A DNA stretch of 64,000 nucleotides from Gemmatimonadales bacterium (GCA_035601235.1 DATNOR010000038.1:4858-68857); one strand, 5' to 3'; positions 30,025 to 40,280 are shown, numbered from the stretch's first letter. Made by a program: numbers and translations. Notes: generated by a model not told the origin, from the letters alone.

Positions 30025-31398
30025 ATGACCCCGTTGCTCTCCCGCGTGCGCGAGCACATCGCCCGCCGCCGCCTCTTCGCCGGCGGGGGGACCGCGGTGG
30101 TGGCGGTGTCGGGGGGACCCGATTCGGTCGCGCTGCTCGACCTGGTGCACAGCCTCGCTCCGGAGCTCGGTCTCACGCTGGTCGTCGGGCACGCGGACCA
30201 CGGGATTCAGGCGGACAGTTCGAGCGTGGGACAGGCGGTCGCCGCCCTGGCGCGCCGGTACGGGGTGCCGTTCGAGCTGGGAGAGCTGCACCTCGGTCCG
30301 GACGCCACGGAAACCGCGGCGCGGCGAGCGCGTTACGCGTGGCTCGCCGACGTGCAGCGACGCCGTGCGGCGCGCTACCTTGTGACGGCGCACCACCGTG
30401 ACGACCAGGTCGAGACGATTCTGTTGCGGCTGCTGCGCGGGAGCGGGCCCGCCGGGTTGGCCGGCATGCCGGCGCGAGCTCGCGGCGGACTGGTGCGCCC
30501 GCTGCTGGCGTTCACGCACCACGATCTGGTCGAGCACGTCGCCGCGCGTGCCCTGCCGGTGCACCACGATCCCGCGAATCGCGATCCCCGGCACTTGCGG
30601 AGCTGGGTCCGCACGGTGCTGCTGCCGCTCGTGTCCGCGCGCCTGGGCGCGGGCGCGCGCGACGATCTGGCCCGCGCCGGCCGCGCGGCGGCGCTCGAGC
30701 GCCGCGCGTGGGACCGCGTGCTCCGCCACCTGCCGGATCTCGAGCTGCGGCTCGACGAGCATGGCTTCGACGTTGCTCGGGGGGCGCTGGCGGGCTATGA
30801 TAACGCATTGGCCGTGGCCGTGTTGCGTGCCGCGGCGCGGCGCGCGGGGTTGGTCCTGGGACCGAGACGGGCGCGGCAGCTGGTGCGGCTCGCACGGCGT
30901 CCGTCGGGACGGCGCCAGGCGCTCGGGGGCGAGTGGGCGGCGGAGGTGGCGTTTGACCGGATCCGCGTGCGTCACGGCACGCGGGAGGGTCGGGAGGGTG
31001 GGGAGGTTGTGGAGGTGGTGGTGGATGACGAGCGGGGGCGCGCGCGGTTTGGTGAGTTCCGAGTGGAGTGGTCAGCGGAGCCGGCGCCCGAGCGGCTCGC
31101 CCGCGGTGACTGGACGACGTGGATCGCGGGGGGCGCGTGGGAGGTTCGGGGCCTGCGCCCGGGGGATGCGCTGGTACCGCTCGGTGGTGTCGGGCATCGG
31201 CCCGTACGGCGGTTGTTGATGGACGCGCGCGTGTCACGCAGCGACCGGGCGCAATACCCGATCGTCGCGCGCGGCGAAACCATTCTTTGGGTCCCCGGAA
31301 TCTGCCGGAGTGCTGCCGACCTCCCGCGGCCTGGAACCCCGGCGGTGCGAGTGGATGTTACCAAGCACGGCGAGCCTCAAGCAGACCGGCGGGCGTGA
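30025..31398 (+). CDS. tilS: tRNA(Ile)-lysidine synthase
   Basis: Start chosen at ATG 30025 (MTPLLSRVREHIARRRLF). PP-loop VAVSGGPDSVALL, HHRDDQVETILLRLLRGSG, and a C-terminal domain (ILWVPGI). Confidence 0.9.
   Translation: MTPLLSRVREHIARRRLFAGGGTAVVAVSGGPDSVALLDLVHSLAPELGLTLVVGHADHGIQADSSSVGQAVAALARRYGVPFELGELHLGPDATETAARRARYAWLADVQRRRAARYLVTAHHRDDQVETILLRLLRGSGPAGLAGMPARARGGLVRPLLAFTHHDLVEHVAARALPVHHDPANRDPRHLRSWVRTVLLPLVSARLGAGARDDLARAGRAAALERRAWDRVLRHLPDLELRLDEHGFDVARGALAGYDNALAVAVLRAAARRAGLVLGPRRARQLVRLARRPSGRRQALGGEWAAEVAFDRIRVRHGTREGREGGEVVEVVVDDERGRARFGEFRVEWSAEPAPERLARGDWTTWIAGGAWEVRGLRPGDALVPLGGVGHRPVRRLLMDARVSRSDRAQYPIVARGETILWVPGICRSAADLPRPGTPAVRVDVTKHGEPQADRRA
30982..31026 (+). 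repeat. In-frame 9-bp tandem repeat inside tilS (CGGGAGGGT-type units)
   Basis: Units cgggagggt / cgggagggt / ggggaggtt / gtggaggtg / gtggtggat encode REG-REG-GEV-VEV-VVD. The unit resembles the GGGAGGTTC iteron of the valS/thrS spacer. Confidence 0.6.
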
Positions 31399-31909
31399 GC
31401 TCAAGCGGATCGTCTTCGACGAAGCGACGATCGCGAGCCGTGTCCGCGAGCTGGGTCAGGAGATCACCGCAGCGTATCCCGAAGGTGAGCTCCTCGTGCT
31501 CGGCCTCCTCAAAGGGAGTTTCATCTTCTTGAGCGACCTCGTACGCCGCATCGAGCGGCCGCTCCAGGTGGACTTCCTGGTGGCCGCGAGCTACGGCGCC
31601 GATACGATTTCGAGCGGGAACGTGCGGCTCCTGTACGATCCGGAAACGGAGCTGCGGGGTAAGCACATCCTGCTGGTGGAGGACATTGTGGATACCGGGA
31701 AGACGCTCAACCGCTTGGTCAGCCTGATGCGGGAGCGTGCCCCCCGGAGTCTGGAGATTTGCGCGTTGCTGCACAAGCATCTGGCCCCGCACCTCGAGCT
31801 CGAGCCGACGTTCGTCGGGTTCGACGCCCCGCGCGTATTCCTCGTGGGGTACGGGCTCGATCATGCCGAGAATTTCCGGCACCTCCCCTACGTGGCGAGC
31901 CTGGCCTGA
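31355..31909 (+). CDS. hpt: Hypoxanthine phosphoribosyltransferase
   Basis: PRPP-binding motif [14 protein letters not shown], plus [13 protein letters not shown]. Start uncertain: ATG 31355 is preferred and 31310 is possible; either overlaps the tilS 3' end. The tilS-hpt-ftsH order is a classical synteny. Confidence 0.9.
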   Translation: MLPSTASLKQTGGRELKRIVFDEATIASRVRELGQEITAAYPEGELLVLGLLKGSFIFLSDLVRRIERPLQVDFLVAASYGADTISSGNVRLLYDPETELRGKHILLVEDIVDTGKTLNRLVSLMRERAPRSLEICALLHKHLAPHLELEPTFVGFDAPRVFLVGYGLDHAENFRHLPYVASLA

Positions 31910-33897
31910 TGGCGAACCGCGTCCCGCCGCCGCGCGAATTCTCCTGGGCCCGCACCCTGCGGACGCTGTCGTTCTGGGCGTTGCTGATCGTGGGGTCGAT
32001 CTTCCTCGTGCAGTTCGCCTCGAACCGCCGCCAGGAAGCGGTGGACCTGTCGTACACGCCACAGTTCACCGAGCAGCTGGACAAGGGCAACGTCGCCGCG
32101 GTGGAAATCACCGACCGCCAGCAGGTGAAAGGGGACTTCCGCACGCCCGTCACGGTCGGCCGGCATACGGCCGAGCACTTCACCATGCTGCTGCCGTTCG
32201 AGTCCACCGACGCTTGGGTGAGCACCTTGCGGCAGAAGGGCGTCGACGTGCGGGCGCGCGAGGAGAAGCAGTCGTTCGGCGTGTTTCTCTTCAGCTTCCT
32301 GCCGTACCTGTTCATCATCGGCCTGCTGATCTTCATGGTGCGCCAGATGCAGCAGGGGGGGAACCGCGCGTTCGCGTTCGGCAAGTCGAAGGCCAAGCTG
32401 CTGGCAGGAGACACGCCGAAGGTCACTTTCGCCGATGTGGCCGGCGCCGACGAAGCGAAGCAGGAGCTCGAGGAGATCATCGATTTCCTCAAGGACCCGC
32501 AGAAGTTCCAGCGGCTGGGTGGGCGGCTCCCCAAGGGGGCGCTGCTGGTCGGTCCGCCGGGAACGGGGAAGACGCTGCTCGCCAAGGCGGTCGCGGGTGA
32601 GGCGGGGCGGCCGTTCTTCTCGATGTCGGGCTCGGACTTCGTGGAGATGTTCGTGGGCGTGGGCGCGTCGCGGGTGCGCGACCTGTTCGAGCAGGGGAAG
32701 GCCCACGCACCCTGCATCATCTTCATCGACGAGATCGATGCCGTGGGGCGGCACCGCGGCGCGGGGCTGGGCGGCGGGCACGACGAGCGCGAGCAGACGC
32801 TCAACCAGCTGCTGGTGGAGATGGACGGCTTCGAGTCGAACGACGGTGTGATCCTGCTCGCCGCCACCAACCGTCCTGACATCCTCGATCCGGCGCTGCT
32901 GCGTCCCGGGCGGTTCGACCGCCAGATCGTGGTGGACATGCCCGACGTGAAGGGGCGGGAGCAGATCTTGCGCGTCCACACCCGCAAGATCCCGCTCGCG
33001 ACCAACGTGAACCTCGAGCGGATCGCCAAAGGGACGCCGGGGCTGTCGGGGGCGGAGCTGTCGAACGTGGTGAACGAGGCGGCGCTCCTCGCCGCGCGGC
33101 GCAACAAGCCGGTCGTCGACATGAACGACCTCGAGGACGCGAAGGACAAAGTCATGCTCGGCCTCGAGCGCAAGAGCATGGTCCTGACGGACGAGGAGCG
33201 GAAGCTCACGGCCTATCACGAAGCGGGACACGCGCTCGTCGGGCTGACCGTGCCGGGCATCGATCCCATCCACAAGGTGACGATCGTGCCGCGGGGCCGG
33301 GCGCTCGGGATCACGTTCTTCCTGCCCGAGAAGGACCGCCGCAACGTCACCAAGCAGTGGCTGCTCGGTCAGCTCGCGATGTCGTACGGCGGGCGCGTGG
33401 CCGAAGAGCTCGTGTTCGGCCCCGACAAGGTCACGACCGGCGCGTATTCCGACATCCAGCAGGCCACGGAAATGGCGCGCCGCATGGTGACGCAGTTCGG
33501 GATGAGCGACGTGGTGGGGCCGATCGCCGTAGGCGACCGCGAGGCCGAGATCTTCCTGGGGCGGGAAGTGGTGCAGCGCCGCGAGGTCTCGGAGCGCACC
33601 GCCGAGCTGGTGGATACCGAGCTGAAGCGCCTGCTGGGCGAGGCGTACGAGCACGCGCGCGACATTCTCACCAAGCACCGCGACCAGCTCGACCGGCTCG
33701 CGGGCGCGCTGCTCGAGCGCGAGACGCTCGACCGCGAGGAAGTCGATCTCGTGGTGGCCGGGAAGCGGTTGCCGCCGGTCGCGCCGGCGGTGCCGCCGCC
33801 CGCGGCGCCGTCGCCCGAAGGCACGGCGCGAGACAAGCAGGCCGCGACGCGCGGGCCGGTGCTGGGGAGCCCGCCGCCGGAGCCCGCCGGCGCGTAA
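31909..33897 (+). CDS. ftsH: ATP-dependent zinc metalloprotease FtsH
   Basis: Start ATG 31909 (TGATG junction). Two N-terminal TM helices, Walker [22 protein letters not shown] region, and zinc site HEAGHAL. Confidence 0.97.
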   Translation: MANRVPPPREFSWARTLRTLSFWALLIVGSIFLVQFASNRRQEAVDLSYTPQFTEQLDKGNVAAVEITDRQQVKGDFRTPVTVGRHTAEHFTMLLPFESTDAWVSTLRQKGVDVRAREEKQSFGVFLFSFLPYLFIIGLLIFMVRQMQQGGNRAFAFGKSKAKLLAGDTPKVTFADVAGADEAKQELEEIIDFLKDPQKFQRLGGRLPKGALLVGPPGTGKTLLAKAVAGEAGRPFFSMSGSDFVEMFVGVGASRVRDLFEQGKAHAPCIIFIDEIDAVGRHRGAGLGGGHDEREQTLNQLLVEMDGFESNDGVILLAATNRPDILDPALLRPGRFDRQIVVDMPDVKGREQILRVHTRKIPLATNVNLERIAKGTPGLSGAELSNVVNEAALLAARRNKPVVDMNDLEDAKDKVMLGLERKSMVLTDEERKLTAYHEAGHALVGLTVPGIDPIHKVTIVPRGRALGITFFLPEKDRRNVTKQWLLGQLAMSYGGRVAEELVFGPDKVTTGAYSDIQQATEMARRMVTQFGMSDVVGPIAVGDREAEIFLGREVVQRREVSERTAELVDTELKRLLGEAYEHARDILTKHRDQLDRLAGALLERETLDREEVDLVVAGKRLPPVAPAVPPPAAPSPEGTARDKQAATRGPVLGSPPPEPAGA

Positions 33898-33992
33898 GCC
33901 CGGCAGCACCAACACCAGAAACCGAAGTCCACGCCTCCTCCCGCGCCGCGCCTCGCGCCCGCGCGGTCGCCGGAGGTGTTAGGATTGGGGCC

Positions 33993-35186
33993 ATGGAAGC
34001 GAAGAACGCGGACCTCGCCGGGCTGCGGATCAACCGCTCACCCGAGTCCGCCGGTGCGGTGCCGCTGCGCCGCGCCGGGCGGTGGCTCGCCATCGGCGTG
34101 CCCGCCGCAGTCATCGTGGTCCTGGCCGTGGTGCTGCTGACCAGCGGCGGCGCCTTCGGCTCGGCGCTCCCGGTGCACTTGACCCCGGCCACGATGGTGT
34201 CACCGATGCGCGCCGGCGCGGTGCTCGTGGCCAGCGGCTACGTCGTGGCCCAGCGCAAGGCCGCCGTCGCTTCCAAGGGCACGGGCCGGCTCGTGTACCT
34301 GGGGGTCGTCGAAGGGGACCGGGTGCGGGCCGGCCAGGTGATCGCGCGCATCGAGGACGCCGACGTCAAAGCGCAGCTCGCCCAGGCGCAGGCGAACGTC
34401 CAGGTCAGCCGCGCCGAGCTGCACGACGCCGAGCGGTCGCTGGCGCGGGAACGGCTGCTGAGCGACAGCGGCTTCACGTCGCAGGCGAGCCTGGACGCCG
34501 CGGAAGCGCGCTCGCAGCGCGTAAAGGCCGGGATTGCCTCGGCGGAAGCAGCGGTCGAAGCCGCGCAGGTGGCGCTCGAGAACACCGTCATCCGCGCCCC
34601 GTTCGACGGCACGGTGCTGACCAAGAACGCGGATGTAGGGGAAGTGGTGGCGCCGCTCGCCGCCAGCGCCTTCTCCAAGAGCGCGGTGGTCACGATCGCC
34701 GACCTGGGCTCGCTCCAGGTGGAGGCCGACGTGGCCGAATCGAACCTCGAGGGCGTCGGCCTGGGCCAGCCGTGTGAGATCGTGCTCGACGCCTATCCCG
34801 ACGTGCGCTACCCTGGGGCCGTGGCGAAGATCGTGCCGACGGCGGATCGCGCCAAGGCGACGGTGCAGGTCAAGGTCGCGTTCCGCTCGTACGACGCGCG
34901 CGTGTTGCCCGAGATGAGCGCGAAGGTGCATTTTCTGCCGCGCGCGTCGCACGTCGCGGCGGACACGCAAGCCCTGCTCGTGGTCCCGAGCACCGCGGTC
35001 GCCGAGCGAAACGGCCGGAGCGTCGTCTTCGTCGTCGAGCAGGGGCGGGCCGCCGAGGTCCCGGTCGTCACCGGCCGGCGGCTCGGCTCGTCGGTGGCCA
35101 TCCGCGAAGGATTGCGTGCCGGCGTCGAGGTGGTCGACAGCGTCGGCGCCCGCCTGCGTGGCGGCGTCAAAGTCACCGTGCAGTAG
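33993..35186 (+). CDS. Efflux transporter periplasmic adaptor subunit (HlyD/MacA family)
   Basis: Start ATG 33993 (MEAKNADLAGLRINRS...). TM anchor, coiled-coil hairpin (AQLAQAQANVQVSRAELHDAERSLAR...), lipoyl-like and beta-barrel segments (IRAPFDGTVL). Confidence 0.88.
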   Translation: MEAKNADLAGLRINRSPESAGAVPLRRAGRWLAIGVPAAVIVVLAVVLLTSGGAFGSALPVHLTPATMVSPMRAGAVLVASGYVVAQRKAAVASKGTGRLVYLGVVEGDRVRAGQVIARIEDADVKAQLAQAQANVQVSRAELHDAERSLARERLLSDSGFTSQASLDAAEARSQRVKAGIASAEAAVEAAQVALENTVIRAPFDGTVLTKNADVGEVVAPLAASAFSKSAVVTIADLGSLQVEADVAESNLEGVGLGQPCEIVLDAYPDVRYPGAVAKIVPTADRAKATVQVKVAFRSYDARVLPEMSAKVHFLPRASHVAADTQALLVVPSTAVAERNGRSVVFVVEQGRAAEVPVVTGRRLGSSVAIREGLRAGVEVVDSVGARLRGGVKVTVQ

Positions 35187-35194
35187 AGGAGCTC

Positions 35195-35869
35195 ATGCCC
35201 AATCCGATCGTTCAGATTCGCGGTCTCTCGAAGGCCTATCGCCGTGACAGCATGGAGATCCCGGTGCTGCGGGACATCACGCTCGAGGTGCCCGAAGGGG
35301 AGTTCCTCGGGTTGATGGGTCCCTCGGGCTCCGGCAAGACCACCCTCCTGAACCTGATCGCGGGGATAGACCGACCGGACGCGGGAACGGTGACGGTGGC
35401 GGGCACCGACGTCACGAAGCTCAACGAATCGCAGCTCGCCCGCTGGCGCGCCGCCCACATCGGGTTCGTGTTCCAGTTCTACAACCTGATCCCGGTGCTG
35501 ACCGCTTTCGAGAACGTGGAGCTGCCGCTGCTCCTGACGTCGCTCTCCAAGCCCGACCGGAAAAAGCACGTCGACACGGCGCTCGCGCTCGTCGGCCTGG
35601 CGGACCGCGTGCGCCACTATCCGCGCCAGCTATCGGGTGGCCAGGAGCAGCGCGTCGCGATCGCGCGCGCCATCGCCACCGACCCTACGATCCTCGTCGC
35701 CGACGAGCCCACAGGCGACCTCGACCGCAAGTCGGCCGAGGAGGTCTTGACCCTGCTCGAGCGGCTGAACAAGGAGTTCAAGAAGACCATCGTGATGGTG
35801 ACGCACGATCCGCACGCCGCCGAGCGCGCGCACCTGGTGCGCCACCTGGACAAAGGTGAACTGCAATGA
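35195..35869 (+). CDS. ABC transporter ATP-binding protein (MacB/LolD-type)
   Basis: 224 aa. Walker [13 protein letters not shown], signature [14 protein letters not shown], Walker [13 protein letters not shown]. Confidence 0.95.
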   Translation: MPNPIVQIRGLSKAYRRDSMEIPVLRDITLEVPEGEFLGLMGPSGSGKTTLLNLIAGIDRPDAGTVTVAGTDVTKLNESQLARWRAAHIGFVFQFYNLIPVLTAFENVELPLLLTSLSKPDRKKHVDTALALVGLADRVRHYPRQLSGGQEQRVAIARAIATDPTILVADEPTGDLDRKSAEEVLTLLERLNKEFKKTIVMVTHDPHAAERAHLVRHLDKGELQ

Positions 35870-37046
35870 GGGCCCGGCCGTGAAGCTGCTGCGTCTCGTC
35901 TTCAAGAATCTCTTCCGGCATCGCCTCCGCACGGCCCTCACGATGCTCGGGATCGCCACGGCAGTGATGGCGTTCGGCCTGATCCGCACGATCGTGGGCG
36001 CGTGGAACGCCGGGGTCACCGGCGCGGCCGCCAATCGCATGATCACCCGGCACCGGGTGTCGCTGATCTTCCCGATCCCGCTCCCGTACCGCGATGAGAT
36101 CGCCAGGGTGCCGGGGGTCACCGGCGTGTCGTGGGCCAACTGGTTCGGGGGCGTGTACGGCGAGCCGAACGATTTCAAGAACTTCTGGCCGCGGTTCGCG
36201 GTCGACCCGGACACGTACTTCGATCTCTACCCCGAGTTCCAGCTGCCGCCGGACCAGGTGGCCGCGTTCAAGAAGGAGCGCAACGCCTGCGTCATCGGCC
36301 GCAAGCTCGCGCAGCAGCACGGCTTCAAGCTGGGCGACGTCATCACGATGGAAGGGGATATCTATCCCGGAAATTGGCAGTGGGTGGTGCGCGGGATCTA
36401 CACCGGTCGCGACCCGTCGACGGATGAGACCCAGATGTTCTTCCAGTTCGCTTACCTCTACGAGCAGGTGCGCCAGCGAGAGCCCGGACGGCCTGTGGAG
36501 GCCGGGTTTTACGTTCTGCGCGTCGGGTCTCCCGACGCGACCGCCCGCGTCGCGGCGGCGGTAGACACGCAGTTCGTGAACTCGCGCGCGCCCACCAAGA
36601 CCGAGAGTGAGCGCGAATTCCAGCAGAGCTTCGTCCAGATGTCGTCGGCGATCATCACGTCGCTACAGGTGATCTCGGTCGTGATCGTCGGGATCATCCT
36701 TCTCGTCCTCGCCAACACGATCGTCATGTCGGTGCGAGAGCGGACGCGTGAATACGCGGTCCTCAAGACGCTCGGCTTCTCGGGGCGCCAGCTCGTGGCC
36801 TTCGTGCTCGGCGAGGCGCTCGTGATCTCGCTGTCGGGGGGCGTGCTCGGGCTGCTGCTCACGTTCCCGATCGTGAAGGGGTTCGCGAAGGCGCTTCCGA
36901 CGTTCTTCCCGGTGATCAGCGTCGCGCCCGTCACCATGGCGCTGGGGATCGGAGCGGCCCTCCTCGCCGGGCTCGCGGCGGCCGCCATTCCCGCCAACCG
37001 GGTCGCCCGCATGCCGATCGTGATCGGCCTGCGGACGGTGGGGTAG
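35856..37046 (+). CDS. ABC transporter permease (FtsX/MacB-PCD family)
   Basis: 396 aa. N-terminal TM helix ([17 protein letters not shown]), a large periplasmic domain and a C-terminal FtsX-like 3-TM bundle. The start could instead be GTG 35880 ([11 protein letters not shown]). Confidence 0.88.
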   Translation: MNCNEGPAVKLLRLVFKNLFRHRLRTALTMLGIATAVMAFGLIRTIVGAWNAGVTGAAANRMITRHRVSLIFPIPLPYRDEIARVPGVTGVSWANWFGGVYGEPNDFKNFWPRFAVDPDTYFDLYPEFQLPPDQVAAFKKERNACVIGRKLAQQHGFKLGDVITMEGDIYPGNWQWVVRGIYTGRDPSTDETQMFFQFAYLYEQVRQREPGRPVEAGFYVLRVGSPDATARVAAAVDTQFVNSRAPTKTESEREFQQSFVQMSSAIITSLQVISVVIVGIILLVLANTIVMSVRERTREYAVLKTLGFSGRQLVAFVLGEALVISLSGGVLGLLLTFPIVKGFAKALPTFFPVISVAPVTMALGIGAALLAGLAAAAIPANRVARMPIVIGLRTVG

Positions 37047-37053
37047 GCGACCC

Positions 37054-38226
37054 ATGATGCGGATCCCCTTCTCCTATATCTGGCGCAGCCTCTGGGCCCG
37101 CCGCCTCACCACGGGGCTCACCATCGGCGGCGTGGCGCTCGTGGTCTTCGTGTTCGCGGGCGTGCTCATGCTCGCGCGCGGCCTGGAAGCCACCCTCGTC
37201 GAGTCGGGCTCGCCCGACAACGCGATCGTACTGCGGCGCTCCGCGACCTCCGAGCTCTCGAGTCAGGTTGACCGGGCAACAGCGGACGTGCTCGAAGCCG
37301 ACAACGGCGTGGCGCGGGGCGCCGAGGGTCGCCCTGTCCTGTCGCGCGAAGTGGTTCTCGTCATCGATCTCTTCAAGAAGAAGAGCAACGCGCTCGGCAA
37401 CGTGTCGATCCGGGGCGTGTCGCCTCGTGCCCTGGAGCTCCGGCCCGGCGTCCACATCGTGCGGGGACGACCCTTCCAGTTCGGCACCCACGAAGTGGTC
37501 GTCGGCAAGAGTATCGCGGACCAGTTCAAAGGCGTGACCCTCGGGGCGGAGCTCGCGTTCGGCGGCGACCGCTGGACCGTGGTGGGAATCACGGACGCGG
37601 GCGGCACGGCCTTCGACTCGGAGATCTGGGGCGACGCCGACCAGTTCATGCAGGCGTTCGGTCGCCCGGTGTATTCGTCCCTGACCTTCCGCCTCGCCGA
37701 CGCCGGTCACTTCGATCAGCTCAAGACCCGGCTCCAGGCGGACCCCCGCATGCAGTACGTGGAGCTCAAGCACGAGCGTGACTATTACAAGGAGCAGTCC
37801 CAGACCCTGGCGATGTTCATCCGGACTCTGGGGCTCGTGGTGACCACCATCTTCAGCTTCGGCGCGATGATCGGAGCGATGATCACCATGTACGCTGCGG
37901 TCGCGAACCGCACGGTCGAAGTGGGCACCTTGCGGGCCCTGGGATTCAGGCGGCGCAGCGTGTTGGGAGCGTTCTTGCTCGAGTCCGTAGTGCTCGCGCT
38001 CGTGGGTGGCGCGCTCGGCGTCGCGCTCGCCGCCCTGCTGTCGTTCGCCCGCATTTCGGTGGTCAACTTCCAGAGCTTCTCTGAGATCGGCTTCGGGTTC
38101 GCGCTGTCGCCCGGCGTCGTCCGGAGTGCCCTCGTGTTCGCGGTGGTCATGGGCGTGGTCGGCGGCTTCCTCCCGGCGGTGCGGGCCGCGCGACTGAACA
38201 TCGTCAACGCGCTGCGAGCGTCGTAG
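37054..38226 (+). CDS. ABC transporter permease (FtsX/MacB-PCD family), second copy
   Basis: 390 aa with the same architecture as the preceding gene (IWRSLWARRLTTGLTIGGVALVVF ... RALGFRRRSVLGAFLLES ...). Confidence 0.88.
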   Translation: MMRIPFSYIWRSLWARRLTTGLTIGGVALVVFVFAGVLMLARGLEATLVESGSPDNAIVLRRSATSELSSQVDRATADVLEADNGVARGAEGRPVLSREVVLVIDLFKKKSNALGNVSIRGVSPRALELRPGVHIVRGRPFQFGTHEVVVGKSIADQFKGVTLGAELAFGGDRWTVVGITDAGGTAFDSEIWGDADQFMQAFGRPVYSSLTFRLADAGHFDQLKTRLQADPRMQYVELKHERDYYKEQSQTLAMFIRTLGLVVTTIFSFGAMIGAMITMYAAVANRTVEVGTLRALGFRRRSVLGAFLLESVVLALVGGALGVALAALLSFARISVVNFQSFSEIGFGFALSPGVVRSALVFAVVMGVVGGFLPAVRAARLNIVNALRAS

Positions 38227-38242
38227 CCGGGGGCTCGCTGCG

Positions 38243-39475
38243 GTGAAGCTCACCGCGCTCGCCGCGCACACCCCCGAAGCCGTACGCGCGGCGCTCGCGG
38301 CACGGGGCTGGGACGCCCAGCCCGCGTGGTTCGCGGCCACGGGCATACAGTCTCTCGTCGTCCTGCTCGAGGACGTCACGGAGCCCGAGCGCGAAGCCCT
38401 GGTGCGCTGGGGTGCCAAGGCCGGCGCGGACGTGCTCACCGGCGCGGGCTGGGCGCTGGTGAGCGCGGCCGCCAGCCGGCTCGCGCCCCTGGCGCGGCCC
38501 GACCGGCTGCCGGCGGGGCTCGAGAGCCTGGCGCCCGAGCTGGGCCGGTTCCTCGCGAGCTACGCCGACCCCCCGCGTCGCTGGGAGATCGCGGGACGCA
38601 CCCTCGCCCTCGACCACCCGGTGCTGATCGGCATCGTGAACGTGACGCCTGATTCGTTCTCCGACGGCGGCCGGTTCACGACGGTGGATCGGGCGATCGA
38701 GCAGGCGGAGCGCTTGGTCGCGGACGGGTGCGAGATCTTGGACGTCGGCGGGGAGTCGACCCGACCGGGCGCGGCGCCGGTGGCCCCGGCGGACGAGATC
38801 GCGCGGGTGGTGCCGGTGGTCGAGCAGCTCGTGCAGCGCGGGCTCGGTCCGGTGTCGGTGGATACGCGCAAGGCCGCCGTGGCGCGCGCGGCGCTTGCCG
38901 CGGGCGCCGCCGTCATCAACGACGTGTCGGGCCTGGCCTTCGATCCCGACCTCGCGCGCGTGGTGGCCGAGGGCGGGGCCGGCGTGATCGTCATGCACAT
39001 GCGCGGGACGCCCGACACGATGGACGGGCTCGCCGTGTACCGGCACGTGGCGGCCGAAGTGGCAGCGGAGCTGGGCGCCGCGGCGGCGCGGGCCGAGCGG
39101 GCGGGCGTAGCGCGCGAGCGCATCGTGGTGGACCCGGGGTTCGGGTTCGCGAAGGGGCCGGAGCAGAACTTTCGGCTGCTCGACGAGCTGGCAACCGTGG
39201 TCGGCTTGGGCTATCCTGTAGCGGTGGGGCCGTCGCGCAAGCGCTTTCTCGGGGCCGCCACGGGGCGGCCGGTCGAGGACCGCGACCGCGCCACCGCGGT
39301 GGCGTGCGCGCTCGCGTGGGAGCGCGGGGCACGCCTGTTCCGGGTCCACGACGCCGCGCTCGCCTGCGAGGCGCTGCGGGTGGCCGGCGCGACGACGAGC
39401 CCCGTTCCAACCCGGGGCGACCGGGACCGTGAACGTGAGGCGCCATTGGGTTGGAACGGGACGAGCGCACCGTGA
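38243..39475 (+). CDS. folP: Dihydropteroate synthase with ~115-aa N-terminal extension and ~27-aa C-terminal extension
   Basis: The DHPS core starts near LALDHPVLIGIVNVTPDSFSDGGRF and runs through DVGGESTRPG, SVDT, INDVSG and GPSRKRFLG to RLFRVHD. The preceding ~115 aa have no DHPS similarity. The tail TTSPVPTRGDRDREREAPLGWNGTSAP is encoded by the palindromic element at 39401..39460. Confidence 0.9.
   Translation: MKLTALAAHTPEAVRAALAARGWDAQPAWFAATGIQSLVVLLEDVTEPEREALVRWGAKAGADVLTGAGWALVSAAASRLAPLARPDRLPAGLESLAPELGRFLASYADPPRRWEIAGRTLALDHPVLIGIVNVTPDSFSDGGRFTTVDRAIEQAERLVADGCEILDVGGESTRPGAAPVAPADEIARVVPVVEQLVQRGLGPVSVDTRKAAVARAALAAGAAVINDVSGLAFDPDLARVVAEGGAGVIVMHMRGTPDTMDGLAVYRHVAAEVAAELGAAAARAERAGVARERIVVDPGFGFAKGPEQNFRLLDELATVVGLGYPVAVGPSRKRFLGAATGRPVEDRDRATAVACALAWERGARLFRVHDAALACEALRVAGATTSPVPTRGDRDREREAPLGWNGTSAP
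39401..39460. repeat. Palindromic element, copy 2: 13-nt perfect arms with a 34-nt spacer
   Basis: cccgttccaaccc (39401..39413) is complementary to gggttggaacggg (39448..39460). It shares the arm core CGTTCCAACC/GGTTGGAACG and the exact spacer length of copy 1 at 20497..20564. The spacers share a TTCACGG-containing stretch when one is reverse-complemented. Confidence 0.8.
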
Positions 39476-40272
39476 ACTTCGAACCCTACCGGTTCCTGAT
39501 CCCGCGGTTCTGGCCGGACGTGGTCGAGATCCTGCTCGTCGCGTTCGTGATCTACCGCTTCCTGCTGTTCCTGGTCGGGACGCGGGCGATGCAGATCGTG
39601 GTCGGCGTCATGATCCTGTCGGTCGCCTACTTCGCGTCGCTGCTCGCCAAGTTCACGATGATCAGCGCGCTGCTCTCGTACGTCTTCACGTTCGGCGCGT
39701 TCGCGGCCGTGGTGGTGTTCCAGCCCGAGCTGCGGAACGCCCTGGCGCGACTCGGCCAGTCGCGGTTCATGCGCCGCTTCTCGCAGAGCGAGCGCCAGTC
39801 GGTGGCCGAGGAGATCGCCGAGGCGATGGACCGGCTGTCGCGCGCCGGCACCGGTGCCATCGTCGCCGTCGAGGGCGACATCGGGCTGGAGGAGTTCATC
39901 TCCTCCGGCGTCCCGATGGAGGCCAAGGTCTCGGCGGACCTGCTCACCACGATCTTCACGCCGTACTCGCCGCTCCACGACGGCGCCGTGCTGGTGCGAG
40001 GCGACCGCATCATCGGCGCCGGCTGCGTGCTCCCCCTCACGCAATTCAAGGTCGCGGACAAGTCGCTCGGCACCCGCCACCGCGCCGCGCTGGGACTGTC
40101 CGAGGAGACCGATGCCACCGTGTTCGTGGTCTCGGAGGAGACCTCGACCATCTCGGTGGCCAGTCACGGGCTCTTGCACCGCCACCTCACGCCGCAGCAG
40201 GTGCGCGATCTCCTCTCCGGCGCCATCGCGCACCTCGAGGGCGGCGAACGAGTTACGGCCGCAGCCAGCTGA
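39472..40272 (+). CDS. cdaA: Diadenylate cyclase CdaA (DisA_N/DAC domain, membrane-anchored)
   Basis: Start chosen at GTG 39472 (GTGA overlap with the folP stop). Three N-terminal TM helices. DAC motifs GAIVAVEGD, SPLHDGAVLV, LGTRHRAALGLSEETDA and VFVVSEETSTISV. Confidence 0.9.
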   Translation: MNFEPYRFLIPRFWPDVVEILLVAFVIYRFLLFLVGTRAMQIVVGVMILSVAYFASLLAKFTMISALLSYVFTFGAFAAVVVFQPELRNALARLGQSRFMRRFSQSERQSVAEEIAEAMDRLSRAGTGAIVAVEGDIGLEEFISSGVPMEAKVSADLLTTIFTPYSPLHDGAVLVRGDRIIGAGCVLPLTQFKVADKSLGTRHRAALGLSEETDATVFVVSEETSTISVASHGLLHRHLTPQQVRDLLSGAIAHLEGGERVTAAAS

Positions 40273-40280
40273 CCCCCCGA

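Noticed and set aside
31719-33915. 496-aa and 675-aa minus-strand ORFs antisense to ftsH
   Set aside because: FtsH is unambiguous on the plus strand, and the antisense frames lack motifs.
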